The notes under the pieces are model-generated. The model worked only from the letters and a program-made list of their open reading frames with translations, had not been told where the DNA came from and made no database searches. DNA of 64,000 nt from Escherichia coli. GTDB taxonomy: Bacteria; Pseudomonadota; Gammaproteobacteria; Enterobacterales; Enterobacteriaceae. The stretch's first letter is position 1; every line of letters starts with the position of its first letter. A program made the translations under genes and the position numbers. Location of the stretch: the NCBI RefSeq assembly GCF_044324875.1, contig NZ_CP172185.1. One strand, written 5' to 3'. Shown piece after piece: positions 33,618-44,610 of the stretch.

Positions 33618-35608
33618 ATGTTGCAACATTATTCAGCGTCATGGAAAAAAGGACTGACTGCACTCTGCTTACTGGCTGTTGCCGGGCTTAGCGGCTGCGA
33701 TCAAAAAGAGAATGCGGCGGCAAAAGTGGAATACGACGAACTTTCGAACAGCCAACCGCTGCGTGTCGATGCTAATAACCATACGGTAACCATGCTGGTG
33801 CAAATTAATGGTCGTTTCCTCACCGACGACACTCGTCACGGTATTGTGAACCGCCCCGGGTTTCCTGGAGAGTGTTTTATCTGTGAACTCAGGCTGCCAG
33901 ATCATCGTTTCCGATGGAAGCATAATAAGCTTTTTCTGCTTCTGCCGGTGGGATATGGCCCAGCCTTTCCAGCAATCGTCGATTGTTATACCAGTCCACC
34001 CACGTGAGTGTGGCCAGCTCCACTTCTGTCCGGTTTTTCCAGCTCTTACGGTGTATTACCTCCGCTTTGTAAAGGCCATTGATGCTCTCCGCCATCGCGT
34101 TGTCATACGAGTCACCAGTACTTCCTGTTGATGCCAGTAATCCGGCTTCCTTAAGCCGCTGTGTGTAGGCCAGCGATACATACTGAGAACCTTTATCACT
34201 GTGATGGACTGTGCCGGACGGTCGACGGGCCCATAACGCCTGCTCCAGAGCATCCAGCACGAATGTCGTTTCCATAGACGATGAGACCCGCCACCCCACG
34301 ATGTATCCGGCAAACACATCAATGATGAACGCCACATAGACGACCCCCTGCCATGTGCTGACGTAAGTAAAATCAGCCACCCACAACTGGTCAGGACGTT
34401 CTGCCACAAACTGACGGTTTACGCGGTCGCCTGCGGCAACGGCTTTCCGGCTGACGGTAGTGCGGACCTTTTTACCCCGGAGAACACCGGCAAGTCCCAT
34501 AACCGCCATGAGGCGCGCCACTGTACATCTGGCTACCCTGATTCCTTCCCGTAACAACTGACGCCAGACTTTACGCACACCGTATACCTGATGATTCCCA
34601 TCGTATACGCGCAGTATCTCTTTCTTCAGCCAGTCATCGCGCTGCGCACGGGCACTGCGTTTATCCGGATGATGTCGCTGTTGCTGACAGTGGTAATACG
34701 TTGACGGGGCAATATGTAGTTCACTGCATACCGGTCCGACCCCGTACAGCTTACGCAGCTTATCCAGCAGTGGCATCACTTTTTCCAGAGGCGGTCGAAC
34801 TCCGCCTTCGCAAAATAAGCGGAAGCCTGGCGAAGGATATCGTTACTGCGGCGCAGTTCACGATTTTCACGTTCCAGCTCTTTCAGACGCTGACGTTCAG
34901 CGGTGGTGAGCCCGCCATCACCGCCTCCGGTATCCCGCTCATGCTGGCGTACCCAGACACGCAGAGTCTCCGGTGTACAGCCAATCTTTGGGGCAATGGA
35001 ACAAATTGCCGCCCACTGTGAGTCATATTCGCCCTGACTTTCCAGAACCATACGAATCGCCCTCTGACGGACTTCGGGGGAAAAACGAGTATTTTTAGTC
35101 ATTCTGTTTACCTCTTTCTCAGGGAGTTTAGTCTCCAGGATTCCCGGGGCGGTTCATTGTGTTTAAAGATGGCTCCAACGGACATAAATCGCTGTTTATG
35201 GGTTATGCGACCCCGAAAGCATTTTATGAAGCCCTGAAAGAGGCAGGTGGTACACCGGGCGAAAACATGACGATGGATAATAAAGAAACGACTCATGTCA
35301 CAGGCAGCAAACTGGATATTTCGGTCAACTGGCAAGGGGCGGCAAAAGCGTATTCCTTCGATGAAGTGATTGTTGACAGTAATGGCAAGAAACTGGACAT
35401 GCGCTTTGGCGGTAATTTAACGGCAGCAGAAGAGAAGAAAACGGGCTGCCTGGTGTGTCTGGATAGCTGCCCGGTCGGCATCGTCAGCAATGCAACATAC
35501 ACTTATGGTGCGGTTGAAAAACGAGGTGAAGTTAAATTCAAAGGCAATGCCTCGGTTCTCCCGGCGGATAACACGCTGGCAACGGTTACCTTTAAAATCA
35601 CCGAATAA
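33618..35608 (+). pseudogene. ydjY: ydjY interrupted by IS629
   Basis: 5' part 33618..33846 (MLQHYSASWKKGLTALCLLAVAGLSGC…TRHGI) and 3' part 35157..35608 (VFKDGSNGHK…TFKITE) are in frame once the 1310-bp IS and one copy of the TTG duplication are removed. Confidence 0.8.
33847..35156 (-). mobile_element. IS629-like insertion sequence (IS3 family), copy 2, 1310 bp, inverted relative to copy 1
   Basis: Same termini; orfA 34776..35102 identical to copy 1; orfB 33889..34779 differs by a few residues (e.g. HPDKR vs HPYKR); 3-bp TSD TTG on both flanks. Confidence 0.85.
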
Positions 35609-35622
35609 AGCCAGGATAAAGA

Positions 35623-36330
35623 ATGATGAAGATGCAATCGAGAAAAATCTGGTACTACCGTATAACCCTCATCATCCTGTTGTTCGCTATGCTGCTGGCA
35701 TGGGCGCTGCTTCCCGGCGTCCATGAGTTTATTAATCGCAGCGTTGCGGCGTTTGCCGCCGTGGACCAACAGGGTATAGAACGCTTTATTCAGTCTTACG
35801 GCGCACTGGCGGCAGTTGTCTCGTTCTTGTTGATGATTTTGCAGGCCATTGCTGCACCGCTACCTGCGTTTCTGATCACCTTTGCAAATGCGTCGCTGTT
35901 TGGCGCGTTCTGGGGCGGCTTGCTGTCGTGGACCAGTTCGATGGCCGGCGCGGCGCTGTGCTTTTTTATCGCCAGAGTGATGGGCCGCGAAGTGGTGGAA
36001 AAGTTAACGGGTAAAACGGTACTCAATAGTATGGACGGCTTTTTTACCCGCTATGGTAAACACACCATTCTGGTATGCCGATTATTGCCTTTTGTGCCTT
36101 TTGATCCCGTAAGCTATGCTGCCGGTTTGACTTCAATACGTTTTCGCTCGTTTTTTATCGCCACCGGGCTTGGTCAGTTACCAGCGACTATTGTTTATTC
36201 CTGGGCGGGCAGCATGTTAACAGGCGGTACTTTCTGGTTTGTCACCGGACTGTTTATTCTGTTTGCCCTGACCGTGGTGATTTTTATGGCGAAGAAAATA
36301 TGGCTTGAGCGCCAGAAGAGGAATGCCTGA
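35623..36330 (+). CDS. ydjZ: TVP38/TMEM64 (DedA-like) family inner membrane protein YdjZ
   Basis: 235-aa membrane ORF; synteny. Confidence 0.8.
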   Translation: MMKMQSRKIWYYRITLIILLFAMLLAWALLPGVHEFINRSVAAFAAVDQQGIERFIQSYGALAAVVSFLLMILQAIAAPLPAFLITFANASLFGAFWGGLLSWTSSMAGAALCFFIARVMGREVVEKLTGKTVLNSMDGFFTRYGKHTILVCRLLPFVPFDPVSYAAGLTSIRFRSFFIATGLGQLPATIVYSWAGSMLTGGTFWFVTGLFILFALTVVIFMAKKIWLERQKRNA

Positions 36331-36878
36331 TGGGTTTACCGCCGCTTAGCAAAATTCCTTTCATTTTACGTCCGCAGGCGTGGCTGCATCGTCGCCATTA
36401 CGGCGAGGTGCTAAGCCCGATTCGCTGGTGGGGGCGGATCCCGTTTATCTTTTATCTGGTGTCGATGTTTGTCGGCTGGCTGGAGCGCAAACGCTCACCG
36501 CTGGATCCAGTAGTGCGATCGCTTGTCAGCGCGCGCATTGCGCAAATGTGTCTGTGTGAGTTTTGCGTGGATATCACCAGTATGAAAGTCGCCGAGCGCA
36601 CTGGCAGCACCGATAAACTGCTGGCAGTGGCTGACTGGCGGCAAAGCCCGCTCTTTAGCGATGAAGAACGGCTGGCGCTGGAGTACGCCGAAGCCGCAAG
36701 CGTAACGCCGCCAACGGTCGATGATGCCCTGCGTACCCGACTGGCTGCGCATTTTGACGCCCAGGCGCTCACCGAACTGACGGCATTGATCGGACTGCAA
36801 AACCTGTCAGCCCGTTTTAATTCTGCCATGGACATTCCCGCTCAGGGGCTGTGCCGTATTCCTGAAAAACGTTCTTAA
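36330..36878 (+). CDS. ynjA: Carboxymuconolactone decarboxylase-family protein YnjA
   Basis: 182-aa ORF; synteny. Confidence 0.8.
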   Translation: MGLPPLSKIPFILRPQAWLHRRHYGEVLSPIRWWGRIPFIFYLVSMFVGWLERKRSPLDPVVRSLVSARIAQMCLCEFCVDITSMKVAERTGSTDKLLAVADWRQSPLFSDEERLALEYAEAASVTPPTVDDALRTRLAAHFDAQALTELTALIGLQNLSARFNSAMDIPAQGLCRIPEKRS

Positions 36879-37065
36879 GGAGGGTACTACCTTCACTTCT
36901 ACCTCTGCCTCCCAAACTCCGTAAAACTCATGCACAATCACCATATTACAGTCAACCCGAACATTATGAGCTCCACTGAATTCTACTGTTCACCCCCTAA
37001 ATCAAGCATAAAATGGGGGCATATTTGGGGGCCCATTGTGTTCAGTCAGTTTCAGGAGCCCCCAT

Positions 37066-38253
37066 ATGGCACTTACAGCCAGACAAGTCGAAACAGCCAA
37101 ACCTAAAGACAAAGATTATAAACTCTCTGATGAACGTGGTTTATATCTGCTGGTAAAAACCACGGGAGCACGCTACTGGCGCTTTAAGTACAGGATAGCA
37201 GGAAAGGAGAAAAAACTGTCCTTCGGTGTCTATCCTGACGTCTCCCTTGCAGAAGCCAGAACCAAACGCGACGATGCAAGGAAAATTATCTCCGAGGGCG
37301 GTGATCCCGGTGAAAAGAAACGAAGGGAAAAACTCTCACAGAAAATCTCTGTCACCAACACCTTCCATGCTCTCGCAATCGAATGGCATCATCATAAATC
37401 TTTATCATGGTCTGACAGTTACGCCAGAAGCGTACTGGAAGCTCTGGATAAAGACGTTTTCCCGTATCTGAGCAACCGGAGCGTTACTGATATCCTTCCA
37501 CTGGAAATGCTGGAAATACTACGTCGAATTGAAAAACGAGGCTCTCTGGAAAAACTACGCAAGGTCCGGCAATACTGCAATCAGATTTTCCGTTATGCCA
37601 TAGCCACAGGACGAGCCACTGTCAATCCAGCCTCAGAACTGAGCAGCACGCTGGCGGCACCAAAAACCGCACATTTTCCCCATCTGAGAGCGGATGAACT
37701 TCCTGTTTTTCTCCGGAAGCTCGCTGACTATCACGGCAGTCCTGTCACTCGTATGGCTACAAACCTGCTGATTCTGACCGGGCTCAGAACGATTGAATTG
37801 CGACTGGCCGAATGGTCAGAAATTGATTCTAGCAACGCACTCTGGCATATCCCTAGAGAGAGAATGAAAATGCGCCGGCCTCATATTGTTCCTCTGTCAC
37901 GCCAGGTCATTTCTGTTCTGCAGGAATTACATGGTTTTACCGGACAGTATCGCCTTATGCTACCCGGACGTTGCGATGTAAACAAACCTATGAGTGAAGG
38001 CTGCATCAATATGGTGCTCAAACGTATCGGTTACGATGGCAGGGCAACCGGTCATGGTTTTCGTCACACCATGAGTACCATTCTGCACGAACAGGGCTTT
38101 AATTCTGCCTGGATTGAAATGCAGTTAGCTCATGTGGATAAAAACTCCATCAGGGGTACCTATAATCATGCACATTATCTCGATGGTCGCCGTAAAATGA
38201 TGCAGTGGTACGCTGATTACATTGATTCTCTTATGGGAAAAACGCACAAATGA
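37066..38253 (+). CDS. int: P4-type tyrosine integrase (phage/island integrase)
   Basis: MALTARQVETAKPKDKDYKLSDERGLYLLVKTTGARYWRFKYR… typical P4-like N-terminus; catalytic region HGFRHT…RGTYNHAHY; RBS CAGGAG upstream. Confidence 0.85.
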   Translation: MALTARQVETAKPKDKDYKLSDERGLYLLVKTTGARYWRFKYRIAGKEKKLSFGVYPDVSLAEARTKRDDARKIISEGGDPGEKKRREKLSQKISVTNTFHALAIEWHHHKSLSWSDSYARSVLEALDKDVFPYLSNRSVTDILPLEMLEILRRIEKRGSLEKLRKVRQYCNQIFRYAIATGRATVNPASELSSTLAAPKTAHFPHLRADELPVFLRKLADYHGSPVTRMATNLLILTGLRTIELRLAEWSEIDSSNALWHIPRERMKMRRPHIVPLSRQVISVLQELHGFTGQYRLMLPGRCDVNKPMSEGCINMVLKRIGYDGRATGHGFRHTMSTILHEQGFNSAWIEMQLAHVDKNSIRGTYNHAHYLDGRRKMMQWYADYIDSLMGKTHK

Positions 38254-38300
38254 AATAAACCATCCCCCACCAACTGCAGCGGTTGGTGGGGGCTTAACTG

Positions 38301-38639
38301 TTATTTTTTGATTTTTGCCTTCAGGCGTGTCCACAGGAAAATGCAAACTGCGGTATATACCCGTGTGATAAACAACAGTTTAAGGCTGAAATACTCTCCT
38401 GCCTCGCTGGCATTCGTTTCAAACATAGCGAAAAGAACACTCTGCGAGAACTCATGACTATAAATAAAATAATAACAGAGTGCTGTCAGTGACGTAGTCC
38501 AGAGAATAATACCGACAACCGCTGCAATAATTTTTATCCGTTCTGGAAAAAGAAACACGGGTATCCGCCACAGGGAGCTGAATAACAGTGAATCTCGTAT
38601 TCCATTTATTCCACCGTATCCGGTGCTGAAGATAATCAC
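38301..38639 (-). CDS. Hypothetical membrane protein (possibly a fragment), downstream of the glycosyltransferase
   Basis: 112-aa hydrophobic ORF; function not recognisable. Confidence 0.3.
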   Translation of the reverse strand: MIIFSTGYGGINGIRDSLLFSSLWRIPVFLFPERIKIIAAVVGIILWTTSLTALCYYFIYSHEFSQSVLFAMFETNASEAGEYFSLKLLFITRVYTAVCIFLWTRLKAKIKK

Positions 38640-38803
38640 CTGCAGCAGGGTGGAAAAGATAAAGTATCGCCCCCGTGCGCTCCGGCTGAAAGCAGGTCTG
38701 CTGTTTCCGGCATTTAAATGTATTGACCATCTCCCGGTAAAATGTAATAAATCCCCCGTTACCGGAAAACCGATGAACAGAATTCGGACAGAAAATGAGT
38801 TCC

Positions 38804-39746
38804 TCAGTTACCTGTTGCGTTTCCCCCGGTCTGATGAGCCAGAGACACAATGGTCTGTACCGTTCTGTTGATATTAAACCGGTATTCGATATCTTCTCTG
38901 GCGCTGGCAACCATCATCCTGAAGCGTTCCGGGCGGGACAAAAAATCCCGAAGCGCACTGGTCCATGCAGTCATATCTCCCACAGGTAAAAGTGTTCCTG
39001 TCACATTTTTCTGAATGGCATCCGGGATCCCGCCAGTCTCACTGGCAATAACGGGAACACCGGAGGCTGACGCTTCAGCCAGGACCATGCCAAATGCCTC
39101 ATTTTTCAGAAGGCATGATAGCACACTGGCAACCCGGTATATCGGTAACGCCGGGAAAACAGCACCAGCCATGAAAACATCACCACTCATTCCCAGTGAT
39201 TCAATCTGCAGGCGAAGGCGTTCTTCGTATTCCTCACGACCAGCGCCCACCACGAGCCATCGAAATACTTTCCCTTCCATCTTCAGTTGGTGCAACACCC
39301 GGAGCATAAATTCATGCCCTTTCTCGGGACGCAACATACCCACCTGGACAATCAGCGGGATATTGCCCGCTGATTCTGTCCATCCCTGAATATGCGGAGG
39401 TAACTGTTGCCTGACTTCTCTGTGTAATACAGAAACGATGCCAGCATATCAGACGGCTCAGGCCTGCAATGTTACTGTCATGACCACTGTGGCAGATTAC
39501 CAGATCAGGTCTGAATTACCGGATTACCTGCCGCAGTCTGATGATGGAAGGAAGGTGAAGACTGTTCCTGAAAGGAATAAAAGTAACATCATGTCCGATT
39601 GTTCTGGCTTCATGAGCTATTTTACTTTTTTCCCTGCAGGCGAGTAAAACAGAATGCCCCTGTTTCTGGAGCGCTGTCATCTGTGCCAGAGCCTGTAACT
39701 CCTGGCCACCAATATCTGGTGAAGACTCAGTGAATAAAATCTTCAT
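38804..39746 (-). pseudogene. Glycosyltransferase family 4 (GT-B), frameshifted
   Basis: N-terminal GT4-like fragment 39516..39746 (MKILFTESSPDIGGQELQALAQ…) and C-terminal GT1/GT4 domain 38804..39343 (…EAFGMVLAEASASGVPVIASETGGIPD…) in different frames. Confidence 0.6.
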
Positions 39747-40401
39747 TATTAATTCTCTGGTAATCTTGGCCCCTTATGAAGAGCCAGTAATGAAGAGAAA
39801 AATGGCGTGATATAATAAAAAGGCACCGTTTCAGCCAACCGCAATATTCCCGTTCTTTTGTACTAATACGTCCTATAAGTAATGAACCTTTTACAGGGCA
39901 GTTCATTCTTCTTTCCGTTGTATATAAATAAGATAAACCAAGTTCTCTGGTGAGATTAATATAATCTCTGCTATAATATCCTGCAGGCCAGCATAGATGG
40001 GGACTACAGTATCCCAGTTTTTCCTTCAGACATTGTTTGCCTGTCATAATAGCTTCTTCCATGAGTCGGCACTGCTCAGTACGTGGTACAGACAGTCTGT
40101 CCCAGCGTTTATGTGAATGGGTATGTAAATGGAATTCAACAAGACCGGAATCACGCATTTCCCGGACTTCAGACCAGCGAAGCATCACTTCATCGGAACG
40201 GTTATCTGCAATCAACTGCTCACAGTCGCGATGCGAATATTCCCGTTTCTGTCTGTAACGCACCTTCCCGTCACCAATCAACCCTGTAATGAGAAAAATA
40301 TGCGTATGAAGATTGTATTCCTTCAGTACCGGCCATGCCCGGAACCAGTTATCAAGATATCCGTCATCGAATGTAATCATGAAGCTCTTTCTTGGAAGCA
40401 T
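39727..40401 (-). CDS. Polysaccharide deacetylase (NodB-homology, CE4)
   Basis: 224-aa ORF with ITFDDGY motif and conserved His-rich region (HLHTHSH). Confidence 0.6.
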   Translation of the reverse strand: MLPRKSFMITFDDGYLDNWFRAWPVLKEYNLHTHIFLITGLIGDGKVRYRQKREYSHRDCEQLIADNRSDEVMLRWSEVREMRDSGLVEFHLHTHSHKRWDRLSVPRTEQCRLMEEAIMTGKQCLKEKLGYCSPHLCWPAGYYSRDYINLTRELGLSYLYTTERRMNCPVKGSLLIGRISTKEREYCGWLKRCLFIISRHFSLHYWLFIRGQDYQRINNEDFIH

Positions 40402-42267
40402 TCCCCCCTGATAAAAATATTAAAGTTCAGCGGATGTTACTGTCCGCCAGTTATTTTTTGCGAGCCACTCTATCTGTTCACAAAATATTTCAGGTGAAAG
40501 TGTCACAAGCCCCGGACAGCGACTGACATGATGGTACATCAGTACGGGAAGATGTCTTGCATTCAACATAAAGCATTATCACCAGTTAGTTATACAGTAA
40601 ATATACCCCGAGTAAAAACAGGGCGGTTTAGGATATGTCTGGCTCCGGGTATTCTACTATGTAATCAGGGAATAATGGACAATGAGAATACAACAGACAC
40701 TTTTAATATTTCCGACTGTTTATCAAAATAATTTTATCCTTTGTGAATATATTGTTTTTATCAGATGATTTACTTATTTTCCAGGAAAATAAAATCCTTC
40801 GATTTCAGGACACTCAGAGGAATATACCTGCTTCCGTCAAAAATCATAAAAACCGTGTCCCGATTAGTTTTAGCAGCAGGATCAAATGCAGTAATATAAT
40901 GATCTTATACCAGTAAGCCACTGGGAAATGCCCTCAAAATGTCGTGCACTGATTTTTCGGTTGAGAGCCTCATAATACCTAATATTACTGGCCGTAATAA
41001 TCCGGAGGCACAGCATAGCTTTCTTGTACAGAGGCATCATGATGAACAGGATTAATACCGTCACAGATGCACAAGTTTTACCCGTGATAAAGAATCCCGT
41101 TTTGTCCGCACTTGCCTGCGCCAGCGTTGAAAACGTGCCGGTTATTGTAGTTAAGTTATTGCCGCTAACTTTTTCACAACCCACCTATCCGGATATTTCC
41201 TTATTCTTCATATATTACATCTCATAAATTTAAATGTGAGTTTCTCATGGGTAAAATAAATTATACGAATCGCATCAATAGGAAAGACAGACGGTGCTGC
41301 CGATATAAAACGGGAAGTGACGGGATAAGCAGTTATGTGAATATTGTTTCAAAAAATGATATTTTGTGTTGTTAAAGTATAACTTTGCAATAAGCTATCC
41401 ATGATGGGATTCTGTAAATGAACAAAACACTCTCTTCAATTCTGCTCATCTTCGGTATCTGTGCATCATCACTGGCTGCTGATAAAAAAGAACCGTCAGT
41501 TTTCCACGATGTGAAGGGCAGGAAGCATCGGCTGTTTCAGCCAGCGTCAAACGGAACTATCTCCAGAAACAGGTGCTTCACAGGAAAGATGACTAGGTGC
41601 TCCTCAGTCAGCAGCGTCCTGTTGTCTGGGTGAATCTTCGTGAGCTGGTAAGTAAAGGTGATAATTTAGTCACAGCGCATCTCACCGCCAGGGGGAATAA
41701 AGCCGATATTCAGTATCGGGTGCGCATTGACTGTAAGAACGAAAACGCTATCTGGCAGCGCCAGGGATGAACGCTTGAAGATAACCACAGAGTATGAACA
41801 AACGGACTCTACATGTTCATTATGACTAAAAAAACGCTGCACGTTCTCTGTTTTATTTTACGTTGCTGTCATAACGTGTTTACCTCAATTTTCGGGAACG
41901 TGTTCTTAGCGCTTAGACTACCCCTGAATCTTCTGCTGTTGAAGGGCCGTAACAGGGTAAGTGATAACAGATGTCTGGACATATAGGAGCAAATTCACCG
42001 ATTTACTTAATCATGATGTTATTTTGTAAAATAAGCTGAGGGGAGTTTCACATAATGTTAGTTTTTGTGTAAACGCAAGAAGGAAAATCAATAAAATTAA
42101 TATATAGTTATATGTTGTAGGTGTGAGTATGACTGTTTGGCCGTGGAGTGCATTCCTAAATTAGGATTGGATCATTTAAGGTTTAACACATTATTAAATA
42201 CGGCAAATTACAGTAAAATACTTTGCCGTATTTAGAAATAAAATTAAATTTTTCTATAGAATATTAT

Positions 42268-42657
42268 TTATCTGAATTTTCGGTGGCCTTCCAGTTTTAT
42301 ATTATTCATTTTATCCAGAGCATCACGTAGTGACTCTATATTCCCCGACTCAACCTTCTCTTTTGCAAGATTGATTTCATTTTGTAGTTTCTTCAACTCA
42401 TTCTTATAACTTTCCACTGCGACTTTATCGTTGCTGTTTATTTTTTCAGGAAGAGTATTCATGGAAGCATTTACAGCTTTGTCCATCATATCAAGAGCAT
42501 TTAATAGAGATTTTTTATCACCAGAGGATTGTAGAGTGCTCATATTTCTTGCAAGGCTCTGCATATTTTTATCCAGTCCGGAAGCCAAAGATATATGACT
42601 GGTAGATAAACACATTACAAGTATAGAACTCACAATAAAGAATTTTTGTTTCTTCAT
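42268..42657 (-). CDS. Cytochrome b562-family protein (secreted four-helix bundle)
   Basis: Signal peptide; heme-ligand Met in DKNMQSL (cf. b562 EDNMETL) and C-terminal His in LEGHRKFR (cf. NAYHQKYR); AT-rich context. Confidence 0.55.
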   Translation of the reverse strand: MKKQKFFIVSSILVMCLSTSHISLASGLDKNMQSLARNMSTLQSSGDKKSLLNALDMMDKAVNASMNTLPEKINSNDKVAVESYKNELKKLQNEINLAKEKVESGNIESLRDALDKMNNIKLEGHRKFR

Positions 42658-42954
42658 TAATTTACTCCTATTCGAAAGTGATTATCGTCATGGCAATTTA
42701 ACTTTATTATTCTATCTTTTATGGATGTACATCTCCTATATGGGTATACACAAGAAAATGTGATGCATTTCTAAAAACTATTCTACTTTATTCGGTATTG
42801 CTGAATGATTCACCATTAAGAAAATAGATATAACAGTTCTTTATTTCTTTTATTTAACATGGTTGTATTAAATATTCAACAGGTTTTCTAATACCAGTTG
42901 GGCTTTGTTGAAAAAATCTGATTTAGGGTAAGAGCCCCGTAGCTAGTTGTGCTT

Positions 42955-43500
42955 TCAGGCAATACGCACGCTCTCAGGCATACCTACTTTCGTGATTTTA
43001 TTCAGCGCTAGCGCCATGACCATACCCTCTGCAACCTGACCATCGTAGTCACGCAGCGTCAGTGAACCTCCGAACAACTGTTTTACCCGGTACATCGCTG
43101 TTTCCGCTATCGAACGACGGTTATAATCTGTTGTCCATTTACACCGGGCATTACTTCCGGTCAGCCGCTGATTAGCCACTGCACGGTTACGGTCTTCGTA
43201 TTCACCGGGCTAGTAACCCGCACCTTTTCGGGAAGGGGTAAGCGCGCTGATTTTCTTACGCCTCAGTTCATCGTGACAGAGTCGGGGGTCGTAAGCCCCG
43301 TCTACCGCTGCAGCCATGATTTTTCTGTGAGTCTGTTGGAGAAGCCCCGGGAAGGCTTCTGAGTCCGTGACGTTGTTCAGCGACAGGTCTGCACAGACAA
43401 TTTCATGTGTGTTGCCATCAACAGACAGATGCGACGCCCCTCTTTGCCGTGCTTTTTGGCTTTCCTTTCGCCTTCCCCAAAGACTTTTAGCCCGTTGGAA
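42955..43500 (-). pseudogene. IS4/IS5-superfamily transposase remnant
   Basis: C-terminal fragment YNRRSIAETAMYRVKQLFGGSLTLRDYDGQVAE carries the Y-x2-R-x3-E-x6-K signature; upstream frames broken. Confidence 0.5.
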
Positions 43501-43716
43501 TCAATCACGAGGTGTATGATTTCACCCCGGGTGGGGATTTATGTATAAGAAACAGCGTATTCGTGAGGGGTGAGCCATGAATAAAATCCCTTTTGAAGTA
43601 TTAATCCACTCTGAAAATGCATTAATCTGCGCAAAGGAAATGGACGCGTTATTAATTAAGTTAATTGATATTCCGGAAAGTGGCGATAAAACATATTCGA
43701 TGACGGACAGGCGACA

Positions 43717-43989
43717 ATGTGGTTATCTGTGCTGGCGTTTGGCAGACAGGCCGAAGCACTGGCCAGACACCAGAAAGGCGAACTGGTAAGCGTGGCAGGT
43801 AACATGCAGGTCAGCCAGTGGACAGGGCAGAACGGGAAAACGCGGCAGGGACGGCAGGTTATCGCAGACAGCGTAATCAGTACTCAAACGGTGCGGCCAG
43901 GAGGAAGCAGACGCGAAACCACAGGTACACAGGGTAATCAGCCACCAACGGGAGGCGACGCCACTTACGGAGATGATATACCCTTATGA
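43717..43989 (+). pseudogene. ssb: Single-stranded DNA-binding protein, N-terminally truncated
   Basis: …LAFGRQAEALARHQKGELVSVAGNMQVSQWTGQNGKTRQGRQVIADSV… resembles the SSB OB-fold C-terminal half, with Gly/Gln-rich tail and acidic DDIPL terminus; N-terminal about 55 residues absent. Confidence 0.6.
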
Positions 43990-44006
43990 ATTAAGCGGGG
44001 CGCAAC

Positions 44007-44327
44007 ATGAACAACAGCACACTGAAGAGCCGGACAATAAGCGACGCGACAGCGGAAGAACTCGAGAGCAGGGGACTGTGGCGACGTGCTGCCAGAAGGT
44101 GGCAGGATGTGATGATTACTCTTGAGAAAGACAGTCACAGACAGCTTGCAGTAATGAGAGCAAGGGAATGTATCAGGAAGGCAAAACGCCCGATACCTGA
44201 AAGCCGTATTGATATTCATACAGTCAGAAAGGCCGCAGACAGGACAATACAAAAAATGGGGCTACCGTCGCTTACTGATGAAATATGGCGCGATTACCCT
44301 GATAGCGTTAACGATGACGGTTATTAA
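44007..44327 (+). CDS. PerC-family transcriptional regulator (Pch-like)
   Basis: 106-aa ORF with PerC signature AEELESRGLWRRAARRW. Confidence 0.6.
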   Translation: MNNSTLKSRTISDATAEELESRGLWRRAARRWQDVMITLEKDSHRQLAVMRARECIRKAKRPIPESRIDIHTVRKAADRTIQKMGLPSLTDEIWRDYPDSVNDDGY

Positions 44328-44610
44328 CTGGCGGGGGAAACACGATACCAGCGGGCGTGACTCGGGAGAATATATACCGCTGGTGGAACATTACCAGCCC
44401 TGATGGCTGGTGGCGTGCGTTACGACCTGAAAGACCATCCATGCGGGAAGGTGACACAGGAGCACCTGGCGAACGCGGGGAAGCGACTGGATGAGATTAA
44501 GAAAAAACAGCAGGAGCGCAGAAAAAGTAACCGTCTCATTAAAACGTCTTTCGCCTCCCTTTCCTGTTTCCTATGCTAATGTCCATTTTCGCAGTAAAAG
44601 GACATTTACG

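Noticed and set aside
36879-37065. Expected tRNA or tmRNA attachment site upstream of the P4-type integrase
   Set aside because: No cloverleaf-compatible sequence or conserved tRNA elements recognised in this short interval by eye; cannot exclude without a tRNA-prediction run.
38458-38910. 150-aa minus-strand ORF overlapping the membrane protein and glycosyltransferase C-terminus
   Set aside because: Overlaps better-supported frames; Cys/Arg-rich composition without domain signatures.
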